Positions 17,934 through 28,981 of a stretch of DNA of 45,571 bases are shown here, piece by piece. The notes under the pieces were generated by a model that had not been told where the DNA came from, searched no databases, and was given only the letters and a program-made list of their open reading frames with translations. The stretch is from Longimicrobiales bacterium (GTDB lineage Bacteria; Gemmatimonadota; Gemmatimonadetes; Longimicrobiales; Gaopeijiaceae). Both the position numbers and the translations under genes were made by a program. How positions within the stretch are numbered: position 1 is the first letter of the stretch; the number at the start of each line of letters is the position of its first letter. The stretch covers positions 1 to 45,571 of the forward strand of contig DASWKP010000355.1 of NCBI GenBank assembly GCA_036396575.1, written 5' to 3'.

Positions 17934-19688
17934 TCACGGTTTGCGGCGGGCGTGAACCACGCCCCGGCCCGTACGGCCGTCCACCCTCACGAGCAGGGGG
18001 TTCTCCAGACGAACGTGGCGGAGAAGTTCGCTCTCGGCCACAGCCGGCTGCTTTGCGAGCCAGTTCCAGTCGATGACGTCGCTGTCCCTGGCGTGGTGCA
18101 CGGTGAAGTAGCTCACCTGGAAACTGGACAGGTTGTGGAAGAAGTGTGAGCCCTGGCTGGGGTCGACGTTCATGCTGGGGAGGGAGGCCTCGACGATGGC
18201 CCGCGCGCCGGCCACCTGGCTCCAGGTCACGGGGATGCCGAGCCAGGGGTCCGAGCTGCCCCAGCGCCCGAAGCCCACGAGCAGGTAGGGCCGGCCCAGG
18301 GCCACGAGCTCCCGGTTGGCCGCCTCGATCTCGCGGGCCACGACTCGGGTGAGCTTCGCCTGGAACGCGTCGGGCTTCGTGTAGACCACGTCCTGGATGC
18401 CGTCTTCCACCCCGTTGCCCATCGCCCGTGTGCTGGCGACCAGGAGGTCCGGAGCCGTCATCTCCTCAGTTCCGATGTCCACCGCCTCGTCCGGCGCCAC
18501 CATGGGGCGCACCTGGAGGAAGCCCAGGCGGGCCTCCTCTCCGCGCGTCGCGGGCAGGGTCATGGCGGCTTCGATCTCGACTTCGGCTCCCACGCCCTCC
18601 TCGCACACCTCCAGGAGGCGCCGAACCAGATCGTTCAGGGGGATGTCGGAGAAGTCGAGCAGGGGGGCGAAGTTCAGGGCCCGCGGCCCCTGGCGGCCGG
18701 TGCCCGGCGACAGCCGGTCCGAAGCGGCGTCGTAGGTGGAGGCCAGGTGGGCCAGGGTGCCGTCGTACTCGGCCTCCGCCAGACCGGCCTCGACCAGGTA
18801 CTCCGTCTCCGCGATGGGGTCGAAGGCCGGTGGAGCTCCCATGTTGACCGCCCAGAAGCGGGTCTGGGTCTCGTCCAGAAGCTGCGCGACGGACCCGAAC
18901 GGCGGCGGCGCTTTCGGATGGACCGGGCAGTATCCCCAACACAGCCCGCCGTCCACGATGGTCTTGCCGAGCCCCAGAGCCAGATTCACCACGCCCTCTT
19001 CCGGCCGCGACCTGCCCGACGGGTAGTAGTTGAACGATCTGCCCACCAGCGACAGATCCGGGTAGAAGCGGTCTCCGTGGCGCCGGCCTACGACCTCCTG
19101 TACGATGACCGCCATCTTCTCGCTCTTGTCCGCCTCGCCCACCACCCCCCGGTACGTCCTGGCGCCCTCGAAGAACGTCGAGGCCCAGATCAGCTTGACG
19201 GCCTCGACCAGTCGCTGGAAGCGTTCGCCGGCGTCGGGCTGGTTGTTGGGGATCATCTTGGTCTCGTAGACCCCCGCGAAGGGCCTGCGCAGAGCGTCCT
19301 CCAGCAGGCTGGAAGAGCGCACCGCCAGGGGCGAGTGGACCCTGTCGGCCAGGGCCCGGAGGTCTCCCAGGGCCTCCGCCGGAGCGTTGGCCTTCTGGAA
19401 CGCGTGGGCGATGCGCTCGTCGGACCGCTCCGAGAGGGCCACCTCGTGAAGGCCGTTCCTGTCCATGAACGCGTCGAAGAGGTCGGTCCCGAGGACCGTC
19501 AGGCGGGGGATGTCCACCCGGACCGGCCCGTAGGCTCCGCCGGGGAAGGCCCCCTCCAGGGCCTCCCTGATGGAGATCAGTCCCGCGGCTTTGCCGCCGA
19601 GGCTCCCCCCACCGATCCGGGTGAACGTCTGCTCCGAGCCGAAGAAGGCCCGGTCGAAAGCCGGAACGCGCGAATCAGACCCAGCCAC
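17934..19688 (-). CDS. PEP/pyruvate-binding (PPDK_N ATP-grasp) domain protein, paralogue of the downstream gene
   Basis: Motifs are GGGSLGGKAAGL, LAVRSSSLLEDALRRPFAGVYET and AVIVQEVV. The start is uncertain: GTG 19686-19688 overlaps the gdh stop by 14 nt, and GTG 19740-19742 would overlap gdh by 68 nt. Confidence 0.7.
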   Translation of the reverse strand: MAGSDSRVPAFDRAFFGSEQTFTRIGGGSLGGKAAGLISIREALEGAFPGGAYGPVRVDIPRLTVLGTDLFDAFMDRNGLHEVALSERSDERIAHAFQKANAPAEALGDLRALADRVHSPLAVRSSSLLEDALRRPFAGVYETKMIPNNQPDAGERFQRLVEAVKLIWASTFFEGARTYRGVVGEADKSEKMAVIVQEVVGRRHGDRFYPDLSLVGRSFNYYPSGRSRPEEGVVNLALGLGKTIVDGGLCWGYCPVHPKAPPPFGSVAQLLDETQTRFWAVNMGAPPAFDPIAETEYLVEAGLAEAEYDGTLAHLASTYDAASDRLSPGTGRQGPRALNFAPLLDFSDIPLNDLVRRLLEVCEEGVGAEVEIEAAMTLPATRGEEARLGFLQVRPMVAPDEAVDIGTEEMTAPDLLVASTRAMGNGVEDGIQDVVYTKPDAFQAKLTRVVAREIEAANRELVALGRPYLLVGFGRWGSSDPWLGIPVTWSQVAGARAIVEASLPSMNVDPSQGSHFFHNLSSFQVSYFTVHHARDSDVIDWNWLAKQPAVAESELLRHVRLENPLLVRVDGRTGRGVVHARRKP

Positions 19689-20967
19689 GATCCCGGCATG
19701 CCCTCGCGACCCGGTCCACCGCGATGACGTAGGCGGCGTCACGCATGTACAACTTTCGGGAGTGGGCCAGCTCCGCCACGGCCTCGAAGGCCGCGGTCAT
19801 GTTGCGGTCCAGCTTGCCCAGGACCTCGTCCCGGCTCCAGTAGTAGTTCTGGTTGCTCTGGACCTGCTCGAAGTAGGAGCACGTCACGCCTCCGGCGTTG
19901 GCCAGCAGGTCCGGGATCATGAACACCCCGCGCTCGTGGATCACCGCGTCGGCCTCGGGAGAGGTCGGGCCGTTGGCGCCTTCGGCGATGATCTTCACGG
20001 TAGAGGCGATGCGCCCCACGTTGTCCGCGTTGATCTGATTCTCCAGCGCGCCGGGGATGAGGATGTCCACCTCCTGCTCCAGCCACTTCTCCCCCGGCAG
20101 CACCTCGTAGCCGGCCGCCTCGGCCTTGTCCTTCTCGATCTCGCCGAAACGGTCGGTGATGTCCAGGAGCTCCTGGAGGTCGATGCCCGCGGCCCTCCGA
20201 TAGGCGTAGCTCTTCTGCTCCTTCTGATTCCACGAGGACACGCACACCACCTTGCCACCGATGCGCAGGTACATCTCGATGGCGTACTGACATACGTTGC
20301 CGAAGCCCTGCACCGAAGCCGTGGTGTCCTGGGGGCGGATGTCCAGCTCCTTCAGGGCCTCCCGTAGCGTGAAGACCAGGCCGTAGCCGGTGGCCTCCTT
20401 GCGACCCAGGGAGCCACCCAGACCCACCGGCTTGCCGGTGATGAAGCCCGGGAGCTTCTGGCCGTGTATGGCCTCGAACTCGTCCAGCATCCAGAGCATG
20501 TGCTGGGGCGTGGTCATCACGTCCGGGGCGGGGACGTCCTGGAGGGGCCCCACGTTGCGGGCGATCTGTCGCACCCAACCCCGGCAGATCTGCTCCTGCT
20601 CCCGGGCGCTCAGGTTGTGGGGGTCACACACGACCCCTCCCTTGCCGCCCCCCAGGGGGATGTCCACCACCGCGCACTTCCACGACATCCACATGGCCAG
20701 GGCCCGGACCGTGTCCATCGTCTCCTGCGGATGGAAGCGGATGCCCCCCTTGCTGGGGCCCCGGGCGTCGTTGTGCTGAACACGGAAGCCCCGGAACACC
20801 TTCGAGGCCCCGTCGTCCATCCGAACGGGTATGGAAAACGCGTATTCCCGCATGGGCTCACGGAGGATCTCCCGGGTCCCGCCCTCCAGCTCCAGGATCT
20901 CCGCGACGCGGTCGAATTGGGCCTGTGCCATCTCGAAGGAGTTGTAGGCCCGGTTTCTTCTCACCAT
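19675..20967 (-). CDS. gdhA: Glu/Leu/Phe/Val-family glutamate dehydrogenase
   Basis: 430-aa ORF with GPSKGGIRFHP, KCAVVDIPLGGGKGG (catalytic Lys region) and a GFGNV Rossmann motif. Confidence 0.9.
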   Translation of the reverse strand: MVRRNRAYNSFEMAQAQFDRVAEILELEGGTREILREPMREYAFSIPVRMDDGASKVFRGFRVQHNDARGPSKGGIRFHPQETMDTVRALAMWMSWKCAVVDIPLGGGKGGVVCDPHNLSAREQEQICRGWVRQIARNVGPLQDVPAPDVMTTPQHMLWMLDEFEAIHGQKLPGFITGKPVGLGGSLGRKEATGYGLVFTLREALKELDIRPQDTTASVQGFGNVCQYAIEMYLRIGGKVVCVSSWNQKEQKSYAYRRAAGIDLQELLDITDRFGEIEKDKAEAAGYEVLPGEKWLEQEVDILIPGALENQINADNVGRIASTVKIIAEGANGPTSPEADAVIHERGVFMIPDLLANAGGVTCSYFEQVQSNQNYYWSRDEVLGKLDRNMTAAFEAVAELAHSRKLYMRDAAYVIAVDRVARACRDRGWV

Positions 20968-21168
20968 GGTGAGCTATTCTCGGTATTGAGCATGTCATTG
21001 TCCCCTCCGCACCCAATCCACCCAACCGTGAAAGATACCACGAAAGCCGTTGGCTTACAGGGAGGACCCTGGTGGGGCTGACGTCCCCGGGAGTGTCGTG
21101 TCCGGCGCCGCCCGCATAGCTTTCTCGCTGGACGCGATCTACCCTGGCCGACCCTGACCCGACCCCAT

Positions 21169-21642
21169 GTGCCCAGCCGAGACCCTCCCCTCCGCCCGCT
21201 CCTCCTCGCCCTCCTCTTCCTGGCGATGGCGGGCAGCGCCACCGAACTGCTCCTCCTGGGCCACACCGAGGAGCGCCTCCAGTTCGTGCCTCTGGTGGTC
21301 CTGGGGCTGGGGATGGGGGCGGCCCTGACCGTGGCGCTCGCTCCCGGCCGAGGTACGGTCCTGGCCCTGGCGGGGGTCATGGCTCTGTCCGTGGCGGCGG
21401 GCCTCCTGGGGCTCTGGGCCCACTTCCGGGGTAACCGGGAGTTCGAGTTGGAGATGTACCCGTCCATGCGCGGGTTCGAGTTGGTGCGTGAAGCGCTGAC
21501 GGGCGCGACTCCGGCCTTGGCCCCGGGTACCATGTGCCTCCTGGGGCTTCTGGGCCTCATCTACTGTTACCGCCATCCCCGACTTGAGTCCGCCGCTGGT
21601 CGGTCGGAGAACACAAACGTCCCACGGGAGAACCGAGAATGA
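21169..21642 (+). CDS. hypothetical integral membrane protein
   Basis: GTG start with four predicted hydrophobic helices (LLLALLFLAMAG, FVPLVVLGLGMGAALTVAL, VLALAGVMALSVAAGLLGLW, MCLLGLLGLIY). Its stop overlaps the next ATG as ATGA. Confidence 0.5.
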   Translation: MPSRDPPLRPLLLALLFLAMAGSATELLLLGHTEERLQFVPLVVLGLGMGAALTVALAPGRGTVLALAGVMALSVAAGLLGLWAHFRGNREFELEMYPSMRGFELVREALTGATPALAPGTMCLLGLLGLIYCYRHPRLESAAGRSENTNVPRENRE

Positions 21643-22280
21643 CGAGCCGACCCCACGCGCCGCTGATGTTCGCGCTCACCTTCGCCGCCCTTCTCCCAGC
21701 CGGCCTCCGGGCCCAGGCGGGGATGAACGGCGAGATCCTGAACCCCAACCTTGCCGGCACCGAGGAGCTGGCCGCCGTTCCCAGCGTGAGCGCCGAGTTG
21801 GCCGGAGTCATCGTCGAGGGTCGGCCGTACCTGACGCAGGGCGCCTTCGACGAGATGCTCTCGATCCACCTGGGCGAGGGCGCCCGGGCGGAGCTCTATG
21901 CGCGGGTGTTCGTGCCCATCAACCTGAACACGGCCTCCGACGCCGAGATCCTCATGATCCCCGGGCTCGGGCCCCGCATGGTCCGTGAGTTCAAGGAGTA
22001 CCGCCCCTACGTGGCCCTGGCCCAGTGGCGGCGGGAGATGGGCAAGTACGTGGACGACGACGAAGTGGCGCGCATGGCGCAGTTCGTGTTCGTGCCCATC
22101 GACCTGAACACGGCTTCCGACGAGGATATCCTCTCACTTCCGGGCATCGGCGCGCGCATGCTGCGTGAGTTCAAGGAGTACCGGCCCTACCAGAACATCG
22201 AACAGTTCCGCCGGGAGATGGGGAAGTACGTGGACGAAGACGAAGTAGCGCGCATGGAGCGGTACGTGGTGATCAGGTAG
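21639..22280 (+). CDS. secreted helix-hairpin-helix (ComEA-like) DNA-binding repeat protein
   Basis: Signal peptide MFALTFAALLPAGLRAQA followed by three LN(T/P).(A/L)...(L/I)..(I/V)PG(L/I)G HhH units. Two of them are nearly identical 60-aa repeats. Confidence 0.65.
   Translation: MTSRPHAPLMFALTFAALLPAGLRAQAGMNGEILNPNLAGTEELAAVPSVSAELAGVIVEGRPYLTQGAFDEMLSIHLGEGARAELYARVFVPINLNTASDAEILMIPGLGPRMVREFKEYRPYVALAQWRREMGKYVDDDEVARMAQFVFVPIDLNTASDEDILSLPGIGARMLREFKEYRPYQNIEQFRREMGKYVDEDEVARMERYVVIR
21906..22265 (+). repeat. tandem 180-nt intragenic duplication (2 x 60 codons)
   Basis: VFVPINLNTASDAEILMIPGLGPRMVREFKEYRPYVALAQWRREMGKYVDDDEVARMAQF is followed by VFVPIDLNTASDEDILSLPGIGARMLREFKEYRPYQNIEQFRREMGKYVDEDEVARMERY. 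Confidence 0.85.
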
Positions 22281-22352
22281 CGTCCAATCGGTCTGCGTGT
22301 CCGATCGACCGCGGGGGGGGGACTCGGTGCATCGTCGCATTTTCGCCCTCGA

Positions 22353-23744
22353 CTACCGGCACCACGCGTCGTCGCACCAGACCGTGTCGCCGTCGATCAG
22401 CGTCGCCGAGACGTGGTTGTCGAGCAGCTCGAAGCCCGACTGGCCGAGCGGGTTGTTGGCGAACACCACCAGATCGGCACGCTTGCCGACCTCGATGGAG
22501 CCCACCTCGTCGGCGATTCCCATGACGCGCGCGGCCGAGATCGTCATCATGCGGATCGCCTCGGGGACGGTGACCTCGTGGCCGGACAGCCAGGCGGGTC
22601 CGGGGCACGGTCCGCCGAACGCGTCGTCGTACTGCGCCATCGCGGTCAGCCCGAGCAGTTGGTGGAAGGGACTGCCCTCGGTCCAGGGCACGTCGCTGTG
22701 GAAGGCGACGGCGATGTCGGGATTCCCGTCGATGACGGCGCGGTGCTGGCGCAGCCATTGCCGCTGGTCGTCGTCGAGGAACGAGGCCCATCCCAGGTCC
22801 GGCTCGATGCAGGCATTGAAGACGCCCCACACCACCGCGTTCACGCGCAGCGCGCCGAAGCGGCCGACCTGCTCCGGTCGCACGAACGTGATGTGGTCGA
22901 TGCGATGTCCGTTCGGATTCGGCCCGCCGCCGAGCGCCTGAGCGTACCCGTCGAGCGCGGCCGCGACCGCGCGGTCGCCGATGGCGTGCGCCACCACCTG
23001 GCCGCCGCGGCCGCCCACGAGGCGGACCACCTCGGCGAGTTCCTCGGCCGAGGTGAACAGATCGCCGTGGCCGGCCCAGCCTTCGGGTAGGGCGATGGGC
23101 GCGTCATCGAAGTCGAACGAGACGGCCGGCGCGCGGCAGCTCCCACCGTCCATGAAGACCTTGACGCCGGCGATGGCGAGGCGGTGTTCGGCCGAACGCG
23201 TGAACGTGTAGTCGTTCCAGAACGACACGTCCTCCGGCTCTCCGCAGTTGTTGTTCCAGGACAGGTAGGCGTGCAGCCTGAGCTTCAGCTCGCCCGCGTC
23301 GAGCATCCGTTGATAGCCTGTCAGGTTGATCGGGATGGCGGCCGGAATGCCGACGGTCGTGCGGCCCCATGACAGCAGGATCCGCTGGTCCTCGACCATG
23401 TTCTCGACGTCGGGCGTCTGGTGTTGGATGTAGTGCACGTGTGGGTCGACGAGTCCGGGCAGCACGGTGCGCCCCTCCAGATCCACCACCCGGGTCTTCG
23501 TGCCCGCAGCCTCCAGCACGTCGCTGGTCGTCCCGACCCGGACGATGCGCCCGTCGGTGATGGCAATCGCCTCGGCGATCGAGAACTCGGGGTCGGCCGC
23601 GATCACGACGCCTCCGTGCAGGATCAGGTCCGCCCCCGGAGCCTCCGCCGGTGAGGTCGGGCCCCCCTCCCCGGGAGAGCAGGCGAGCGCGCAGACGGCG
23701 AGGGTCGCGAGCGCCGAGCCGGCGCGACGAGCGGGATGTGTCAT
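22353..23744 (-). CDS. amidohydrolase-3 (YtcJ-like) family lipoprotein
   Basis: ATG 23742-23744 with GGAGGAG upstream and lipobox LAVCALACS. Motifs are LPGLVDPHVHY, GGQVVAHAIGDRA and AFHSDVP. Confidence 0.75.
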   Translation of the reverse strand: MTHPARRAGSALATLAVCALACSPGEGGPTSPAEAPGADLILHGGVVIAADPEFSIAEAIAITDGRIVRVGTTSDVLEAAGTKTRVVDLEGRTVLPGLVDPHVHYIQHQTPDVENMVEDQRILLSWGRTTVGIPAAIPINLTGYQRMLDAGELKLRLHAYLSWNNNCGEPEDVSFWNDYTFTRSAEHRLAIAGVKVFMDGGSCRAPAVSFDFDDAPIALPEGWAGHGDLFTSAEELAEVVRLVGGRGGQVVAHAIGDRAVAAALDGYAQALGGGPNPNGHRIDHITFVRPEQVGRFGALRVNAVVWGVFNACIEPDLGWASFLDDDQRQWLRQHRAVIDGNPDIAVAFHSDVPWTEGSPFHQLLGLTAMAQYDDAFGGPCPGPAWLSGHEVTVPEAIRMMTISAARVMGIADEVGSIEVGKRADLVVFANNPLGQSGFELLDNHVSATLIDGDTVWCDDAWCR

Positions 23745-23906
23745 CGAGGCTCCTCCACCAGGGGCGACCAACGTAGCCGCCGGGGGCCGAGGCGTGAAGC
23801 GCCGTGGTGTCGGCTGGGTGTCGGCTGGGGATTGCCCCGCCCGCCGAAGAACCCGACTCTCCTCCTCGTACTCCCGGCGGACCCTCACCAGGAGCGATCC
23901 CCGACG

Positions 23907-24437
23907 ATGCTGACCCTGCGAGAGATCTTCCTGGGCGTCTTCGCCTTCGCCGAGGCGCACGCCGCCCTGTACTTCGCCCTCGCCGTCGCCGTGCCCCTCC
24001 TGGGTACGCTCGCCGCCTGGATGGGGCGAGGCGGCAAGACCGAGCGCGACGGCATCCTCTACGCCAACCTCGTGGTCATCGTCGCCGTGGCTCAGTTCGT
24101 CCTGGCCATGGTGGTGGGCTCCATCGGCATGGTCTTCCTGGAGCGGAGCCTCTGGGACGCGCACGTGCTCGTCGTCCTGGCGCCCGGCCTGTGGTTGGTT
24201 CTGTCCGTCTTCCTGGTTCGGCGGGTCTTCCCTCTCTCGCAACTGGCCACATGGCGCTCGGTCGTGGAGGCGGGCCAGTTCTTCGTCGCGTGCGCCGTCC
24301 TGGTCTGGCTCTTCAGCCAGTTCAGGGGGTGGGGCATCCTCTTCTTCGGCAGCCTGCTTCAGCTCCTCATCGTGCTGGCGCTGGCTGGCGTCGTCCTGAA
24401 TCGCCTCTTCGTCAGGGCTTTTCGAACGGAGGGCTGA
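23907..24437 (+). CDS. hypothetical integral membrane protein
   Basis: ATG 23907 (MLTLREIFLGVFAFAEAHAALYF...) with five or six hydrophobic helices. No family was recognised. Confidence 0.5.
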   Translation: MLTLREIFLGVFAFAEAHAALYFALAVAVPLLGTLAAWMGRGGKTERDGILYANLVVIVAVAQFVLAMVVGSIGMVFLERSLWDAHVLVVLAPGLWLVLSVFLVRRVFPLSQLATWRSVVEAGQFFVACAVLVWLFSQFRGWGILFFGSLLQLLIVLALAGVVLNRLFVRAFRTEG

Positions 24438-24484
24438 CCGCGGCGTCCGCGTGGAGGCGCGTCAACCCGGTCGCGCCGGCTGTC

Positions 24485-25042
24485 TCACAGGCGCACCAGC
24501 GCGAACCCCCCCAGGAAGAAGAGGTCGGAGCGCATGGCGGCATCCCTCGTGGTGTGGCGTCGCCACCCGAACTCCGCGAAGAACGGCCCCTTGATCGCCC
24601 GGGTGATTCCGACACCGAACGCGAACTCCCAACGCGTTTCATCCTCCTCGAACTCGTACCGGATGCCGCCGGCCGCGAGCCTGAACTGGGAACCCGGCCG
24701 GCCGGTCACCAACGTGGGAAAGACGTAGGTGGTTCGGAAGTCCCCGGCATCCGTGGGCTGTTCTGCCCAGTAGAGCTGCTGGTCCACCATCAGGCCAACG
24801 CCCACCATCCGCCATTGCTTGGTCAGTCGGGCGCCCGCGACAGGCCCGAAGGTCCAGTCCTCGAAGCCGGGAATCCAGCCCCGCGTGGCCCCCATGGCCA
24901 GGCCCCCGGACAGGTAGAAGCCCGAGGGATCAGGCCCTCGGCTCGAACCTTGTGGACGGAACAGACCCTGGGCTTCGGTGCCGCCCGGGAGGCCGGCCAC
25001 GATGCTCATGGCCGCGATGCCGACGAGTGTGGTCCGCCTCAA
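24485..25042 (-). CDS. hypothetical small outer-membrane beta-barrel protein
   Basis: A putative TTG start at 25040-25042 gives signal peptide LRRTTLVGIAAMSIVAGLPGGTEAQ. Amphipathic strands follow, with the C-terminus ...LFFLGGFALVRL. Both the start and the family are uncertain. Confidence 0.4.
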   Translation of the reverse strand: MRRTTLVGIAAMSIVAGLPGGTEAQGLFRPQGSSRGPDPSGFYLSGGLAMGATRGWIPGFEDWTFGPVAGARLTKQWRMVGVGLMVDQQLYWAEQPTDAGDFRTTYVFPTLVTGRPGSQFRLAAGGIRYEFEEDETRWEFAFGVGITRAIKGPFFAEFGWRRHTTRDAAMRSDLFFLGGFALVRL

Positions 25043-25167
25043 GAATCCCTCGCTGGTCGTTCGTGGTTGCGCGTCACCTTCCTGTTCCTGAGACGTCAGA
25101 GGTCGCTCCAGGCCCACACCCGGGTCGGTACGCTCGGCGTTCCTCGTCTCGAATCCGCCTCCTGGCG

Positions 25168-27192
<2,025 letters not shown>

Positions 27193-27239
27193 GTTCACCT
27201 CCACGGGGGTCGCATGGGCGGAAGGCAGGTCTGAATCGC

Positions 27240-27268
27240 TTGACTTGTGGGCAGCGTAGGCTTATGCA
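27240..27268 (+). promoter_or_regulatory. sigma70-like promoter candidate
   Basis: TTGACT (27240-27245), a 17-nt spacer, then TATGCA (27263-27268). This would give a leader of about 230 nt before the TonB-receptor remnant. Confidence 0.35.
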
Positions 27269-27495
27269 CAATTCGAAGCGTTTTCGGCGGTTCCGGTGCA
27301 GGACGGCTTCGGCTGCCCACGGAATCGTCGGAAGAGCCGCCCCTCGGTCGTCGGTTCGGGACCAGCTACATCGCGGGAGCCAATCTAAGCCGGTGCCGCG
27401 CAGCGCGACATGATCGACGAACCGCGCCCCTTCCTCTCAACGAGGTCCTATCCCATCCCAAATGCGAATCCGTTGAAGTCCGTTTCCTATCACCG

Positions 27496-28417
27496 ATGGA
27501 GCAGCGAATGAGCCTCAATCGTCTGTTCAAGAACCCAGCGGCGCTCGTCGCCTTGCTGGGATTGCTCCTGGCTGCGCCGACCCAGGCGGTCGCGCAGACC
27601 GGGGTCGTGACCGGACAGGTGACCGACGCGCGCAGCATGGCGCCGGTGCCCTCCGCCCAGGTCGTGGTCGTGGGCACCCAGATCGGGACCCTCACCGACG
27701 CCGACGGTACGTTCCGGATCTCCAACGTGGTCCCCGGCACACGTGAGCTCCGGGTCCTCACGATCGGATACCGTTCCCAGACCAGTTCCGTGGATGTCGT
27801 GGCGGGCCAGACCTCCCGCCTCGATTTCGCGCTGTCCGTTTCGGCGGTGGCGCTGGACGAGATCATCGTCACGGGCACGGCCGGCCGGCAGGATCGGCGG
27901 ACCCAGGCGGCTTCCGTGTCGACGCTGAACGCTTCGGCCATCAACGAGGTGGCGCCGATCACCAGCGTCGCTTCCCTGCTTCAGGCCCGGACCACGGGCG
28001 TGTCGATCACGCAGTCGTCGGGCTCGTCCGGCGGGACGCAGAGGATCCGCCTGCGCGGCTCCGCGTCGTTGAACCTGTCCAACGAGCCGCTGCTCATCGT
28101 CGACGGCGTCCGCTCGGACAGCCGCACCAGCCAGATCTACGGTGTGGGCGGACAGTCGGGCAGCCGCCTCAACGACATCAACCCCGACGACATCGAGTCC
28201 ATCGAGATCGTGAAGGGGCCGGCGGCCGCCACGCTCTACGGAGCCGACGCGTCTGCGGGCGTGATCCAGATCCGCACGAAGCGTGGCCAGGCGGGCTCGG
28301 GCTTCACGCAGACCGTGTCCGTAAGAGTACGGTAGGCTCCAGCCCGAGTGGGTTCCGCCATCCAACTGGGCAGCCTGCTCCTCAGGCGCACGCGGTAGTG
28401 GACTTCCCTGCCGGTAA
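27496..28417 (+). pseudogene. truncated/frameshifted SusC/RagA-type TonB-dependent receptor (CarboxypepD_reg plus plug only)
   Basis: It has a signal peptide, a CarboxypepD_reg domain (VVTGQVTD...GTFRISNVVPGTRELRVLTIGY) and a plug (IVDGVR..., IESIEIVKGPAAATLYGADASAGVIQIRTKRG), then stops at TAG 28333-28335. Receptor-like sequence continues in another frame (EYGRLQPEWVPPSNWAAC) to TAA 28415-28417. No beta-barrel follows. Confidence 0.6.
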
Positions 28418-28978
28418 GGATGTCCTCATCGACCTCCGCATCGCCCCGCGGGCCGTGGAGATGGAGGCGTTGGAGGTGACCGCCCGGACGGACGTCGATG
28501 CCGTGACCCGGGTGACTCCCTTCCGCAGGGACATCGTCTACGGGGAGGTCATGGCCCAGGAGGAGGATCGGGGTGCCCGGGCCTATCAGGCGCTACGCAG
28601 GGCCGCTCCGGGACTGCGGGTCACGGAGGTCTGGCCGGAATCGGGCCCTCCCACCGTCTGCGTCCAGACCAACCGGCGGATCCAGAGCCTGGAGGTGCGA
28701 GAGGCCGACCCGCTGGACCGCCCCCCGCTGCTCGGTTACGCCTTTCCGGATCTGTGTGCGAAGACGTTCAGGTCGTGGTGGACGGCATGAAGATCCCCGA
28801 CGGTCCGGACTTCCTGATCCGCACGCCCGCCTCGGAGATCGAGAGCATCGAGTTCGTGACACCGGTGCAGGCCCAGATCCTCTATGGCACCGGTGGCTTG
28901 ACGTCCAACGGGGTCGTGGTGGTGTATACGCGGGGGCGGGGGCCCTACGTGTCGCCGCTCCGGAACCGGCGGTTCTGA
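28398..28978 (+). pseudogene. remnant of a second CarboxypepD_reg/plug-like protein, frameshifted
   Basis: It begins mid-domain (VDFPAGKDVLIDLRIAPRAVEMEALEVTART). The frame switches around 28754-28790 to ...DVQVVVDGMKIP...EIESIEFVTPVQAQILYGTGGLTSNGVVVVYTRG, which is plug-like. Confidence 0.45.
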
Positions 28979-28981
28979 GGG

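Noticed and set aside
27270-27420. Cobalamin riboswitch upstream of the TonB-receptor remnant. GGTTCCGGTGCAGGACGG...GCTGCCCACGG and AAGCCGGTGCC loosely recall the conserved blocks.
   Set aside because: The core B12 box (GCCACUG) and the AGCCnGGAGACCUGCC block are not present, and the similarity is weak in a GC-rich background. The downstream receptor is SusC-like rather than BtuB-like, and it is decayed.
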